Source of the DNA: Mobula hypostoma
Taxonomy: Eukaryota
DNA length: 64,000 nt
NCBI RefSeq assembly: GCF_963921235.1
Contig: NC_086098.1
Location: 3,844,001-3,908,000, forward strand
Direction of reading: 5' to 3'
Each line of letters starts with the position of its first letter. The first letter of the stretch is position 1. Below the pieces are notes generated by a model. That model was not told where the DNA came from and did not search any database. It was given only the letters and a program-made list of their open reading frames with translations. Made by a program: the position numbers and the translations under genes. This document shows positions 38,712 through 52,884 of this stretch, in pieces.

Positions 38712-39195
38712 TGTTCAATATTTCCATTTAATATCAGAGAAATGTATACAATATACAACCTGAAATTCTTGTTCTTCACAAACATCCAAGAAGAGTGCTC
38801 CAAAGAAAGATTGAGAGTAAAGACATAAGAATCCCAAAGCCCCCGTCCTTCGCACAAGCAGCAGCAAAGCAAAGACCCTCCCCCTCCTCCTCTTTCTTTA
38901 GCGAAAATAAAAAAAACATCAGCACCCTCCACCCACCTAGCAAGCAATAACAAAGCCCCCAAGAAAGCCCATGATCTATAGTACAACAAAAAGTAATCAT
39001 TCATCCGACAATTCGACATACCACAGGCTCTAAAGGGATAGAGAGGTGTCACCCTTTCACAGCGAGAGGGGTGACATAACAGAACAACTTGCTGATTTGC
39101 AATGATAAAATTGCCAAGTCGCTTCTTTCCCTCCGAGCTCTCCAACTCATGAATCAGCAAGAAAGAGAGAGAGAGAGAGATATTGATTCACTGAG
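38712..39195 (-). mobile_element. Relative of the non-autonomous element at 1806-4532
   Basis: Shared tail cagagaaatgtatacaatataca and collinear body. Confidence 0.7.
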
Positions 39196-42100
39196 TTCAA
39201 TGCCTCAATCTCCAGCTAAAGAAATTCCTCCTCACCTCCGTTCTAAATGAATGTCCCTGATTTCTGAGGCTGTGTCCCCTGTTCTTAGACTCATCCAACA
39301 CAGGAAACATTCTCATCACATCCATTCTATTGAGGCCTTTCAACATTTGGTAAGATTCAATGAGATCCCCTCTCATTCTTCTGAATTCCAGTGAGGACAG
39401 GCCCAGAGCCATCAAGTGCACCTCATTTGGTAAGTCTTTCAAACCAGGAATCACTTTCGTGAAACTCCTTTGAACCCTCTCTAATGTCAGCACATCCTTT
39501 CTTAGATAAGGGGCCCAAAACCACCTACAATTCTCCAAGTGAGACGAGCACCAGTGCCTTATAAACCCTAAACTTTACATCCTTGTCTAATAGAGTTCAC
39601 CCTGCAATTTAAGGAGATTCTCAAGTCAGCCACATCAGTATTACAGTGGAGTAAAGGGAATTACAGAGGCATAAGTGAGGAGCTGGCCAAAATTGATTGG
39701 AAGGGAACACGAGCAGGGTTGACAGCAGAGCAGCAATGGCTGGAATTTCTGGAAGCAATTTGGAAGGCACGGAATAGATACAGTACATCCCAAAGATGAA
39801 CTATTCTAAAGGGAGGTTGAGACAACTGTGGCTGACAGGGGAAGTCAGAGACAGCTTAAGTGCAAAATCGAGTGTGTATAATAAGGAAAAATTAGTGCAA
39901 AGGAACAGAATTGGGAAGGTTTTAAACACCAACAATTAAAATAAAAAGAGCCATGAAGAGAGAAAAGAGGAAATTTGAAGGTAAGCTAGCCAATAATATA
40001 AAAGAGGATGCAAAAAGACTTTTTTTCAGATATAAAAAGAATAAAATAAAGACGAGAGTGAATATCGGACAGCTGGAAAATGATGCTGTAGAGGTAGTAA
40101 TGGGGACAAAGAAATGGCGGACGAACTGAATAATTATTTTCAGTCGGTCTTCACTGTAGAAGACACTAGCAGAATGCCAGAAATTTGAGAGTGTCAGGGG
40201 CAGAAGTGAGAGTCATTGCTATTACTAAGGAGAAGGTGGTTGGGAAGCTAAAAGGCTGGAGTTAGATATGTCACCTGGACCGCATGGACTACACCCTAGG
40301 GTTCTAAAAGAGGTAGCTGAAAGAATTAGAAATTATTCTTCAATAACTAGGAAAGGTTCTGGAAGACTGGAAAATTGTAAATTTCACTCCACTCTTTAAG
40401 AAGAAAGTGAGGCAGAAGAAAGGAAATTATTAGCCTATTATCCTGACTTTAGTGGTTTAAGGATGTATATTGTATACATTTCTCTGACATTAAATGAACC
40501 TATTGATAGATTTTGGAGTCTATTATGTAGGATGAAGTTTTGGAGTGCTTGGAGGCTCATGTTAAAACAGGCCAAAGTCAGCATGGTTTTCTCAAGGGGA
40601 GATCTTTCTTGACAAATCTGTTGGAATTCTTCCAAGAACTAACAAGCAGGATAGGCAAAGGAGAGGCAGTAGATATTGTGTGTTTGGATTTTCAGGAGAC
40701 CTTTGACAAGGTGTCACGTATGAGGCTGCTGAACAAGCTACAAGCCCGTGGTATTACAGGAAAGATTCTAGCATGGATAAAACAGTGGGATTGGCAGGAG
40801 GTAAAGAGTGGAAATGAAGGGAGCCTCTTTTCTGACTGGCTGCTGGTTGACTGGTGGTTTTCCACATGAGTCAGTGTTGGGACCAATTCTTTTTACGTTA
40901 TATGTCAATGATTTGGATGATGGAATTGATGGGTTTGTTGCAAAGTTTGCAGACGATATGCAGATAGGTGGAAGGGCAGGTAGTTTTGAGGAAGTAGAAA
41001 GGCTACAGAAGAACTTAGAGTAGGAGAATGGGCAAATAAATGGCAGATGGAATACAGCGTTGGGAAGTGTATGGTCATATACTTTGGTAGAAGAAATGAA
41101 TTTTGAAAGGGTTGACTATTTTTTAAATGGAGAGAAAGTACAAAAACAGGTGAGGCCTCACTTGGAGTATTGTGAACAGGTTTGGGCCCCTTATCTCAGA
41201 AAGGATGTGCTGAGACTGGAGAGGATTCAAAGGAGGTTCATGTAAATGATTCCAGGATTTAATGGCTTGCCATATGAAGAGTGTTTGATGGCTCTGGGCC
41301 TGTATTCACTAGAGTGCAGCAGAATAAGTGGTGACTTCATAGAAACCTATTGAATGGTGAAAGGCCTTGATAGAATGGATGTGGAGAGGATGTTTCCTAT
41401 GATGAGAGAGTCTTAAGACCAAAGGAAATAGCCTCAGAATAGAGGGGTGTCCTTTTAGAACGGAGATACGGAGGAATTTCTTTAGCCAGACAGTGCTGAA
41501 ACTGTGGAATTCTTTGCTACAGGCAGCTGTGGAGGTGAAGACTCTATGTACATTTATGGCAGAGGTTGACAAATTCTTAACTGGTCAGGGCATGAATGGA
41601 TACGGTGAGAAGGCAGGAGATTGGGGCTGAGAGGAAAATTGGATCAGCCATGATGAAATAGCGGAGCAGATATGTTGGGCCAAATGGTCTAATTCTGCTC
41701 CTATATCCGATGGTTTTATGGTACTATAAGAGCCCATGGTATTACAGAAAATATACTAGCATGGATGGAAAATTTCCTGACTGGTAGGAAGCTAGGAGTG
41801 GGAATACAGGGGGCCTTTTCTGGCTGACTTCCGGTGATGAGTGGTGTACCCTAGGGGCTGATGTTGGGATCACTTCTTTTCACGTTATATATCAATGATT
41901 TGGATTATGAAGTTGATGGCTTTGTGGCCAAGTTTGCAGATGACATGAAGATAGGTGGAGGGGCAGGTAATGTTGAGGAAGCAGTCTGACTTCAGAAGGA
42001 CTGAAACAGATTAGGAGAATGAGCAATGAAATGGCAGATGGAATATAGTGTCAGGAAGTGTACGGTCGTGCACTTTGATAGAAGGAATAAAAGCATGGAC

Positions 42101-43960
42101 TATTTTCTAAATGGGGAGAAAATTAAACAGACGTGCAAATGGACTTGGAGTCCTTATACTGGATTCCCTAAAGGTTAACTTGCAGTTTGAGACGATGGTA
42201 AGGAAGAAAAATGCAATGTTAGCATTTATTTTGAGTGGACTAGAATACAATGGCAAGGATGTAATGCCGAAGCTTTATAAAGCATTGGTGAAACTGCACA
42301 TGGAGTATTGTGAGCAGCTTTGGGTCCCTTTCCAGATTGATAAGTTACACAATCCTAATTGATAAGTTACAGAACCTGGGCTTCTGTACCTCCCTCTGCA
42401 ATTGGATCCTTGACTTCCTAACCAGAAGACCACAATCTGTGTGTATTGGTGATAACATCTCCTCCTCGCTGACGATCGACACTGGCGCACCTCAGAGGTG
42501 TGTGCTTAGCCCACTGCTCTACTCTCTATATACACATAACTGTGTGGCTAGGCATAGCTCAAATACCATCTATAAATTTGCTGATGATACAATCATTGTT
42601 GGTAGAATTTCAGATGGAGAGAAGAGGGAGTACAGGAGCGAGCTATATCAACTAGTGGAGTGGTTTCACAGCAAAGACCGTAAAATGAACTCAACGTCAG
42701 TAAAATGAAAGAGTTGATTGTGGACTTCAGGAACGGTGAGATGAAGGAACACATACAAATCCTCATAGAGGGATCAGAAGTGGAGAGAGTGATCATTTTC
42801 AAGTTCCTGGGTGTCAAGATCTCTGAGGACCTAATCTGGTCCCAACATAGCAATGCAGCTATAAAGAAAACAAGACAGCGACTATATTTCATTAGAGATT
42901 TGAAGGGATTTGGTATGTCATCAAAACCTTCTATAGTTCTACTGGGGAGAGCTTTCTGACAGGCTGCACCACTGTCTGGTATGGGGGGGTTTACTGCACA
43001 GGACCGAAAGAAACTGCACAGGGTCATAAATTTAGTCACCTCCACCTTGGGTACTAGCCTACGAAGAACCCAGGATATCTTCAAGGAGCGGTGTTTCAGA
43101 AAGGCAGCGTCCATTATTAAGGGCCCCCAGCACCAAGGGCATGCCCTTTTCTCACTGTTACCATCAGATAGGAGGTACAGAAGCCTGAAGGCACACACTT
43201 AGTAATTCAGGAACAGCTTCTTCCCCTCTGCCATCCAATTCTTAAATGGACATTGAACCCTTGAACACGACCTCAGTTTTTTAATATACGTTATTTCTGT
43301 TTATGCATGATTTTCAATCTATTCAATGTACATAACCTATAATTTGTTTACTTATTTATATTTCTTCTTGATTATGTATTGCATTGAACTGCTGCTGCTA
43401 AGTTAACGAATTTCACGTCACATGCTGGTGATAATAAACCTGATTCCGATTTTCTGAGAAAAGCTGTGCTGGTATTAGAGGGGCACCAGAGGAAATTCAC
43501 GAGAATGATCCAAGGGTTGACATATGAGGAGCATTTGACGTCCCTGGCACATGCAGGACTTTAGTTGAATGAGGGGGTGATCTCATTGAAACCTATCGAA
43601 TATTGAAAGGCCGTGATAAAATGGATGGGAGGAGGATGTTTCCGATTGTGGGAGAGTCTTGGACCAGAGGGCCAGACTCAGACTGGAGGGACATCCATTT
43701 AGAACAGAGATGAGGAGGGATTTCTTTAGCCAGTGACTGAGGAATCTGTGGAATTCATTGCCACAGACAACTGTGCAGGCTAAGTCATTTATTGGGTATA
43801 TTTAAGGTGGAACTTGATGGTTCCTTCATTAATGATGTCAAAGGTTATGGGGAGAAGGTAAGAGAATGGGGTTAAGTAATAATAAATCAGCCATGATGGA
43901 GTGGTGCAGTGGATTTGATAGGCCAAATGGCCTAATTCTGCTCCCATGTCCTGTGGTCTT
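39196..43960. mobile_element. CR1 cluster: 39196-39585(-), 39630-41722(+), 41725-43960(+)
   Basis: SQHGFLKGRS.LTNLLEFF, KFADD, VRPHLEYCEQ; two separate 3' tails. Confidence 0.87.
42337..43452 (+). mobile_element. Rex/Babar LINE inserted in a CR1
   Basis: [29 protein letters not shown]...KFADD. Same family as 29550-30717. The host CR1 resumes at ctgagaaaag. Confidence 0.92.
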
Positions 43961-44315
43961 AAAAGATCGGTCCAACATTGTGGACTGAAGGCCCTGTATT
44001 GTGTTGTAGTGTTCTGTGTTAGTTTTTCAAACAAAAACATTCTGTGTGTTTCCTGTCAAGAATAATTTTGGACACTTGATTTATTTCTGGTCCTTTCCTA
44101 TGTTCATCATTCAATATTTTGCATCAGCCTGAGGTTTAAGACCACTGTGGAGGCAAAGAACTTTGCAGATTTAAACAATAAACTCCCTGTTGCTTAGTTC
44201 TCTCTGAGCCAGCAGTGAATGAAATGCTGTCAATGTGATCTTGAATTTACATGCAAACCTAATTGTTATATGGTTATAATCTACATCAACCACAGTCCTG
44301 GCCTGAGTCCAATTA

Positions 44316-44377
44316 CACTCAGTGGCCACTTTATTTTATTTGATGCCTCCTGTACCTAATAAAATGGCCATTGAGTG
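44316..44377. mobile_element. Minimal Tc1-derived MITE (TIRs only)
   Basis: TA-CACTCAGTGGCCACTTTATT...AATAAAATGGCCATTGAGTG-TA. Confidence 0.85.
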
Positions 44378-45289
44378 TAATTTGGTAAGCCTTCATCACG
44401 TTGAAACTGTTCCTCTCAGTGCTCAATAATACTTCCCGTTTCAGTTGTGTTACAATAATTATCTTACTTCTTTGAAGCTTCCACAAAATATCCTCACACA
44501 CATTTAAGTTAGATTTTTCTGAAATTATTAAAAGAATTAGAGCAATTTCATCCTTCACACCATTTACACTCTGAGGACGTGACTTCCCCTCTGGAACAGA
44601 CTGTACTGGGAGTTTTGCAGCTGTGCAAATTAATGGTTCATATTATAAAAATTCAGGCTGCTCACTCTGTTTCCCACTGCTCCCCGCCCCCCCAACGGGA
44701 AAAGTAATATATGTGTGTGAGCATGATTTCTTGCCAGTGGGTAAGAGGTAGATGATTTGGATCACATTTTCCTGTTTGATGAGCGGTGTCCTCCAGGTCA
44801 GGCTTAAGCCTGTGTCCTCACATTTCTCATTACTCTTCAGCTAAATAGCGGATGATTGTATCTGAATTGCTTAGCGAAGGGGCGGCTGATGAGTGCAGTG
44901 AGCAGGGAACGACCTACTATTCAGGCTGGATGTCACCCCGGCGTACTAAAGCAGCATTTGCGCACTTGAAGTTTAGAGGGGAAAAATAAGGAACTGTTAA
45001 TGCTCTTGGCAAAAAAAAATAAGTGTGTGGGAAAAAAAAAATCTCTTGTTGCTTTGATAGGGAAAGTGGAATATGGGAACTGGAGTATAATAGTACTTGT
45101 CAGCTTTGAATGGATTAGAGCTTTATTGTCAACTTTACTCCAAAGAATTTAAATTTGCCACTTCTGAAGTTTTGTGAGTAGACTGTGCTGCCTCCTACTG
45201 TCAGCTTGCATTCACGATTGTCACTGTAAAGGGGAATGAAATAATTATTACTCCAGCTCCCATGCAGCACAAAAAACACAATATCAGCT

Positions 45290-46295
45290 CAAGTGGTGGA
45301 TGCAGAGTTGATTTCAACATTTAAAAGAAGTTTGGATAGGCACATGGATGGGAGGGGTGTAAGACCATAACATAGAGGAGCAGAATTAGGGCATTTGGCC
45401 CATGTATCTGTACCATCTATGGCTTGTCCATTTTCCCTCCTAGCCCCAGTCTCCTGATTTCTCCCCATATCCCTTCATGTCCTGACCAGTAAAGAATCTA
45501 TAAACCTCTGCCTTAAATACACCCAATTACTCAGCCTCCACAGCTGCCTGTGGCAACAAATTCCAATTCCACAAAAGTATGGAGGGCTGTGGTCTGGGTA
45601 TAGGGCAATGGGACTCGGCAGATTCATAGTTCAGTAGGGATTAGATGGGCTGCAGGGCCTGTTTCTGTGTGGTAATATTCTATGACACTGTAAAGAACAC
45701 AAGAAACAGTATATGTGTTTATCTGTACATTTAGCAGGGTTTCCCAACCTGGGGTCTGCAGATCACTTGGATAATGATAGAGTCCATGCCATAAAAATGG
45801 TTGGGAATGTAAATAAGGTTGAAAGAGTACAGAGAAAATTTGCAAGGATGCTACTGGGTCTGGAAGACCTTAGTTCTAGGAAAGGGTTGAATAAATTAGG
45901 ACTTTATTCCTTAGAACATAGAAGATTGAGGGGAGATTTGACAGAGGTATACAAAATTATGAGGGGTATAGATAGGGAAATGTAAGCAGGCTTTTTCCAC
46001 TGAGGTTGGAAGAGACTACAACCAGAGGTCTTGGGCTTAAGGGTGAAACGTGAGAAGATTAAGGGGAACATGAGGGGAAACACTTCACTGAGGATTGTGA
46101 GAGTGTGGAATGAGCTGCCAGCACAGGTGGCGTATTCAAGCTCTATTTCATTGTTTAAGAGAAGTTTTGGATAGGTACATGGATGGTAGTGGTATGGGGG
46201 TTATGGGGGTGTGGGCACTTTAAATGGTTTCGGCATGGATTAGATGAGCCAAAGGGTCTGTTTCTGTGCTGTCCTTCTCTATGACTATATGATTC
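45290..46295. mobile_element. CR1 3' fragments plus a short hAT MITE remnant (45735-45807)
   Basis: ERVQRKFARML.GLE...LGLYSLE.RRLRGDL; CAGGGTTTCCCAACC...GGTTGGGAA. Confidence 0.75.
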
Positions 46296-46304
46296 TGGCC
46301 CTTG

Positions 46305-46935
46305 ACATAAGGTGACTGACAGGAAATGATAAAGTAGTGCTGTTTGGGGGAGTGGAGGGGAGGGTTAGTGGGTGGAGGTGTTGATCAGCTTTACTGCTTG
46401 AGGGAAGTAACTGTTTTCAGTCTGGTGGTCCTGGTATAGGAGCCTGAAGAAACACACTCAACAATTGAAGAACAGCTTCTATCCCTCTGCCATCCGATTT
46501 CTGAATGAACATCGAACCCACGAACACTACCTCACTACTTCTTTATTTTTGTTTTTGCACTTCTTATTTAATATAACTATTTAATACATGTGTATATATA
46601 CTTACTGTAAGTCAGTTTTTTCTCTATACCAATCATGTATTGTACTGCTGCCGCAGAGTTAACAAATTTCACGACATATTAAACCTGATTCTGATTCTGT
46701 GTAGATGGTACGTAGCCTCGTTCCTGATGGGAGTGGGACGAACAGTCCATGAGCAGGGTGGGTGGGATCCTTCCTGATGTTGCAGGCCTTTTTCTCACAC
46801 CTTTCTGTTTCAATCCCCTTGATGACAGGTAGGCTGGTGCTAACAATGCGTTGGGCAATTTTGACTACCCATTGGCGAGCCTTCCTGTCCACCACAGTGC
46901 ATTCACCATGCCAGACAGTGATGCCACTTGTGAGC
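46305..46935. mobile_element. Rex/Babar 3' fragments (minus host, plus insert 46440-46698)
   Basis: DPTHPAHGLFVPLPSG on the minus strand; (gattct)n tail on the plus strand. Confidence 0.75.
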
Positions 46936-47539
46936 TTACATGGTAGTGGGTAGTTTGTTCTTTCAAGTGAATAAAATAATCTTATTTTTTCCACTGGCTT
47001 GTCCGTTGTTTCATTATGACGAACATTGATTAGTTAATGTAACCTGTTACATTATTTACTTCTTGATCCCCACCCTCCTAATTCTCAGAACTGGCTACTG
47101 TCCGTGAGGATTTTGTACCTCCTCCCCGAGACCGTCACGGGTTTCCTTCAGTTGCTCCCGTTTCCTCGCACAGTCCAAGGACGGACAGTTTAGTAGGTTA
47201 ATTGGTCACACAGGTATAAATGGGCGGTGTGGACTTGTGGGGCTGGAAGGGTCTGTTACCATGCTGCAACTCCAATTAAAATAAAAATATAAAGTGGAAA
47301 TAGCAACAAAAAATGTATCTCTCTCTGTTTTAGACAACAGACTCATCATTGTTACCACATAAAACCTAGCATGCATTTAACTTAGCAGATGGCAGAGTAT
47401 ATCAATTGGAAAGTGTGAGTTTTCTTTAGAATTTTAACACGTAGGTCAATTTAGTCATAAGATTCTTTTAATTGTATTTCAAAGGAATTTTGGAGATCTT
47501 TGCTAGTAGTCCAAGATGCAGAGGGCTTTTAGCAGACTT

Positions 47540-48360
47540 TCAAAGTTCAAAGCAAATTTATTATCGAAGTACGTTTACACTACTTTATCATTTCCTGTAG
47601 AGTCACCTTATGTACAGACAGTCCTGTGCCTAGTGTCACTTTATGAACAAACAGTCAATCTATGCATAAACACTACATTAGGTATTTATATTTATTATTT
47701 TTTTTATTATTGTGTTCATTATCACATTGTGTTTTTGTACTGCATCAGATCTGGAGTAACAGTTACTTCATTCACCTTTACACTTGTGAATGAACTTCCT
47801 TGAATCTTGAATATTTCACCATATACTACCCTGAGATTCATTTTTATTTCTTGTGGGCATTCATAGTAGAACAAGGAAATACAATGGAATCAATAAAAAA
47901 CTACACACAATGACTGACAAATAACCAATGTGCAAAAGAAGGCAAACTGTGCAAATAAAAAGCAAATACTAACAATAATAATAAATAGTAAATAAATAAT
48001 ACTTAGAACATGAGTTGTTGAATTCTTGAAAGTGAGTCCATAGATTGTGGAATCAGTTTGGAGTTGGGGTGAGTGAAGTTATCCACATTGGTTTGGGATC
48101 CTGATGGTTGAGGGGTAATAACTGTTCCTGAACCTGGTGGTGTGGGACCTGAGGCTTCTGTACCTCCTTCCTGTAGGCAGCAGCGAGAAGAGACCATGGC
48201 CTGGATGGTGGGGGTCCATGATGATGGATCCTGCTTTCTTGCGACAGCGCTCCGTGTAGATGTGCTCCGTGGTGCGGAGGGCTTCTCCTGTGACAGACTT
48301 GGTCAAATCCACTGCTTAGGCTTTTCCGTTCTTGGGTATTGGTGTTTCCATACCAGTCAG
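47540..48360 (-). mobile_element. Rex/Babar 3' end with a nested tail fragment
   Basis: DPHHPGHGLFSLLPTGRRYRSL...RFRNSYYP. Confidence 0.78.
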
Positions 48361-49726
48361 AGTTTGATTGCAGTAGACATGTTGCCCGCTTATTTTGAAA
48401 CTGTTGGAACTTTCAAGATTCCAATAAACTTCTCAAAAATCAGTCAATCTTTAATATCACAACCTAATGGCAGTAATTGTCCAATCACTTGAGTTGAGTA
48501 CGATGTTTTCCTAAGAGGTTGTCTATCGGTGGGTCCTTGTGTGGCTGTAGAGACCGATCTGGTGCAGTGTGGGGAAGAGTAAGTGGCGGCTGTGGGTAGT
48601 GTTTGGGTCTTTTGGTTGTTCAGTCTCTCCTTTCACAGCTGCTACTCGTTTCCTGTGGCACAGTGGAGGCCGTTCCCATGTCGCTTAGCTTCCTCCTGAA
48701 CAGATTTCCTCCAGATGTATCTGTTGAGTGCAATGTCTTCCCAGTTTTTAGATGTAATGTTGAATTTCTTCAGACTTGATGTTTTCTTAAATAGAGTCAT
48801 ACAGCAGAGAAACAAGCCCCTCAGCCCATCTAGCCCTAGTTCTATTGACTACACTGGAACCATAGCCCTCCACATCCCTACCATCCATGTACTTATGCAA
48901 ACTTATTTTAAACATTGAAATTGAGCTCACAGACATTTCCTTTGCCCACCAGGGGCTCACTGGCCTTCCTTCAACTGGGAGTAAAGGATCTGTTTGGGGA
49001 GACATGAGTTAGGCATCTGGATATTGCCACATGGAACTGAATGATTAAAAATCTAAACTGAAGTAAATGCGTCTCGTAAGTAGGAACCTTCTCTTGCACG
49101 ACATCCTGGTTGCGCATTGATAATTAAAAATGTGTACTTTGTGATCACGTAGAAAGCAATTATTATTCAATGTATTTTAAAAATAAATAGATTTCCTCAT
49201 AATGTTAATGCTTCTGTTTAGCTGTTTTCCATTTTACCAGGGGCGCCACAGTAACATAGCAGTTAGCACGGTGCGACTACCGCTTGGGCAATGGAGTTCA
49301 GTGTTCAATTCCAGTGTACTCTGTAAAGAGTTTGTTATGTCCATCCCCACGGAATGTGTGTGTTTCCTCCTGCAGTCCATAGATATCCTGCTTAGGAGGC
49401 TGATTGCTCATTCTAAATTGTCCTGTGATTAGGTAAGGGTTAAATTGGGCCTATTCTACACTGTGGTTTCTACACTGCTATTATAAGACTTCATTGATGT
49501 TTATACTTGCATTTGTGCAGTTTGTTGTTTACTGATCCTGTTTACTGTTCTATAGATTTGCTAAGTATGCTGGTAGGAAAAGAATCTCAGTGTTGTATAT
49601 GGTGACACGTATAAACTCTGATAATAAAATTTGCTTTGAACTTTGAGACAATTAAATGGTTCCCTGCAATGGAGCCTTGACCACCTCACAATTCAATATT
49701 CAAGATTATTTGATGTCATTTCCAGT

Positions 49727-50431
49727 ATAAGGTTTGTCCATCGTCGTTGATGAAGACCTCAACCCCATTAGTACTTTTTATGAGGTCGAGTTGTGAGCTT
49801 GACACTCAACCCGGCACGGATGGAAAGCATGTCTGGGAGCGGCCCGACTGGATTTGAACTCGGGAACCTTTGCTCCGGAGTCCGGCGCTGATGTCACTGC
49901 ACCACCAACCGGCTGATGGTGTCGAGACTAGCGCTTGATTTGGATTTAAGTGAGGGAGAGTTGCTCAGCGTCAGCCTCACTCTCTCTTCCCAATTCCCAT
50001 CTGGATCCAGTGGCAAGACTAGAGTCAAGACAGCTGGAGATGGGGCTAGGCGCAGTGGATGACCAGGACATGTTCCGTGTCTTGTTGTGCTCTACACATT
50101 CCACGACACTTGCAGAGACCGCCTTCTTGACCGTTGGACCTTACGTTGGTCTCGTCTGTTCAATCCGCCGGAGTCTGTCTTCACATGCTGGGATAGACAA
50201 CTCCCTATCTCACCGAGGGTTTGAGACCCGTCGGCTACCCTCACCTGGTTTAGCCGGCTTGTCGAAGCCGTTGCCCGGGGTGTGGCCGCTGTCACATGCA
50301 AACAGCTACGGGGAGCCACAGGTGAGAGCTGAGTGCCAGGTGGGGACCAAAGGTGGACTAACCACCTTGAAAAGGACGCGACGTGTTCCCCCACCAGAGG
50401 TGCTACCCCTCCCTGACACCCCATACACCCC
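49727..50431 (-). mobile_element. Non-autonomous RTE-like element with an internal tRNA-SINE (~49775-49913)
   Basis: 10-bp TSD CATTTCCAGT at 49717-26 and 50432-41. The inner SINE has A-box TGGTGCAGTG and B-box GTTCAAATCC on the minus strand. Confidence 0.75.
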
Positions 50432-51829
50432 CATTTCCAGTGTACAACTGTAAAGGAAAGCGAAATAATTGTTACCGTTGATCCAGAGCAGCACAAAAAA
50501 ACACAATAAGATAAGAACAGAATAATAAACACAATAAATATAAATACACAAGATAGCTTATACATATACACAAACTCAAGACATTCTGCCAATGCTGGAA
50601 ATCCAAAGCAAACACACACAAAATGCAGGAGTAACTCAGCATAAATTGATTGTACAGTATATCCATAAAGTGACAGGAGTGTCTTTACATAAGGTGACTG
50701 ACAGGAAATGATAAAATAGTGGTGGTTTGCCTCTTTATAGTCTCGCACACTAACGTTTACCTGCACTATACTTTCCCTGTCACTGTAACAGTTTTATTCT
50801 GCATTCTTTTATTTTATGAACAGAATCAGAATCAGGTCTATTATCACCATCATGTGACATGAAATTTGTTAACTGAGCAGCAGCAGTTCAATGCAATACA
50901 TAATCTAGCAGAGAAAAAAATTATAAATAAAATAAAAACAATAATAATAAACAAGTAAATCAATTACGTATATTGAATAGATTTAAAAAAGTGCAAAAGC
51001 AGAAATACTACATATTAAAAAAAGTGAGGTAGTGTCCAAAGATTCAATGTCCGTTTAGGAATCGGATGTCAGAGGGGAAGAATCTTTGATGTCGTGTCCA
51101 ATCAAGAACCTGTCAATCTGTGTGTTAAATACACCCAACGACTTGGCTTTCACAGCTGCCTGTGTTAGCAAATTCCACAAATTCTCCACCCTCTGGCAAA
51201 AAAAATTTCACCGCATTCTGTTTTAAATGGACACCTCTCTATACTGAGGCTGTGCCCTCTTGTCCTTTACCCCCACCATGGGAAACATCCTTTCCACATT
51301 TACTCTGTCTAGGCCTTTCAACATTCGAAATGTTTTAATGAGATCCCCCCTCATCCTTCTGAATTCCAGTGAGTACAGACCCAGAACTATCAAATGTTCC
51401 TCATATGATAACTCTTTCATGTCCAGAATCAACCTTGTGAACCTCCTCTGAACCCTCTCCAATGCCAGTATCACATCCCTGCTCTTGTATTCTAGACCTC
51501 TTGAAATGAATGCAAACATTGCATTTGCCTTCCTCACCACCGACTCAACTTGCAAGCTAATCTTTAGGGTGTTCTGCATAAAGATTTTCAAGTCCCTTTG
51601 CCTACCTTCCTATTCCTCCGATTCAACATGTAACCTTGGATATTCAGCTCCCAAATATAACCATCCTTCAGCCACAATTCATTTAGGGTCACAACATCAT
51701 ATCTGACAATCTGTAATAGTGCAACAAGATCATCCACCTTATTTCTTATTCTCCCTTGCTTTTTTACCATCCATCCTATCCTGAGTCCTTTCATTCCAGT
51801 TCCCACTGCCCTGCCAAATTATTTTAAAC

Positions 51830-52884
51830 AACACACATCAAAGTTGCTGGTGAATGCAGCAGGCCAGGCAGCATCTCTAGGAAGAGGTACAGTCGATGTT
51901 TCAGGTTGAGACCCTTTGTCAGAACTAACTGAAGGAAGAGCTAGTAAGAGATTTGAAAGTGGGAGGGGGAGGGGGAGATCCAAAATGATAGGAGAAGACA
52001 GGAGGAGGAGGGATGGAGCCAAGAGCTGGACAGGTGATTGGCAAAGGGGGTATGAGAGGATCATGGGACAGGAGGCCCAGGGAGAAAGACAAAGTGGGGG
52101 GGGAACCAGAGGATGGGCAAGGGGTATAGTCAGAGGGACAGAGGGAGAAAAAGGAGAGTTAGAGAAAGAATGTGTGTATAAAAATACATAACGGATAGGG
52201 TACGAGGGGGAGGTGGGGCATTAGCGGAAGTTAGAGAAGTCGATGTTCATGCCATCAGGTTGGAGGCTACCCAGACGGAATATAAGGTGTTGTTCCTCCA
52301 ACCTGAGTGTGGCTTCATCTTTACAGTAGAGGAGTCCGTGGATAGACATGTCGGAATGGGAATGGGCTGTGGAATTAAAATGTGTGGCCACTGGGAGATC
52401 CTGCTTTCTCTGACAGACAGAGCGTAGGTGTTCAGCAAAGCGGTCTCCCAGTCTGTGTCGGATCTCGCCAATATATAAAAGGCCACATCGAGAGCACCGG
52501 ACACAGTATATCACTCCAGCTGACTCACAGGTGAAGTGTCGCCTCACCTGGAAGGACTGTCTGGGGCCCTGAATGGTGGTAAGGGAGGAAGTGTAAGGGC
52601 ATGTGTAGCACTTGCTCCGCTTACAAGGATAAGTGCCAGGAGGGAGATCAGTGGGGAGGGATGGGGGGGACGAATGGGCAAGGGAGTTGCGTAGGGAGCG
52701 ATCCCTGCGGAAAGCAGGGGGCGGGGGAGGGAAAGATGTGCTTAGTGGTGGGATCCCGTTGGAGGTGGCGGAAGTTACGGAGAATAATATGTTGGACCTG
52801 GAGGCTGGTGGGGTGGTAGGTGAGGACCAAGGGAACCCTATTCCTGGTAGGGTGGCAGGAGAATGGAGTGAGAGCAGAGGGTTT
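51830..52884 (-). mobile_element. 5'-truncated Penelope-like element with GIY-YIG endonuclease ORF (52221-52547)
   Basis: FTCES..VIYCVRC.RCGLLYIGE...L..RF.EH...VATHFN...LGSLQPDGMN. TSD AAATTATTTTAAAC at 51816-29 and 52885-98. Confidence 0.93.

Noticed and set aside
49850..49913. tRNA gene
   Set aside because: A and B boxes are present but no convincing cloverleaf; it is a SINE head.
52221..52547. Stand-alone GIY-YIG nuclease gene
   Set aside because: It is the C-terminal domain of a truncated Penelope-like element with a TSD.
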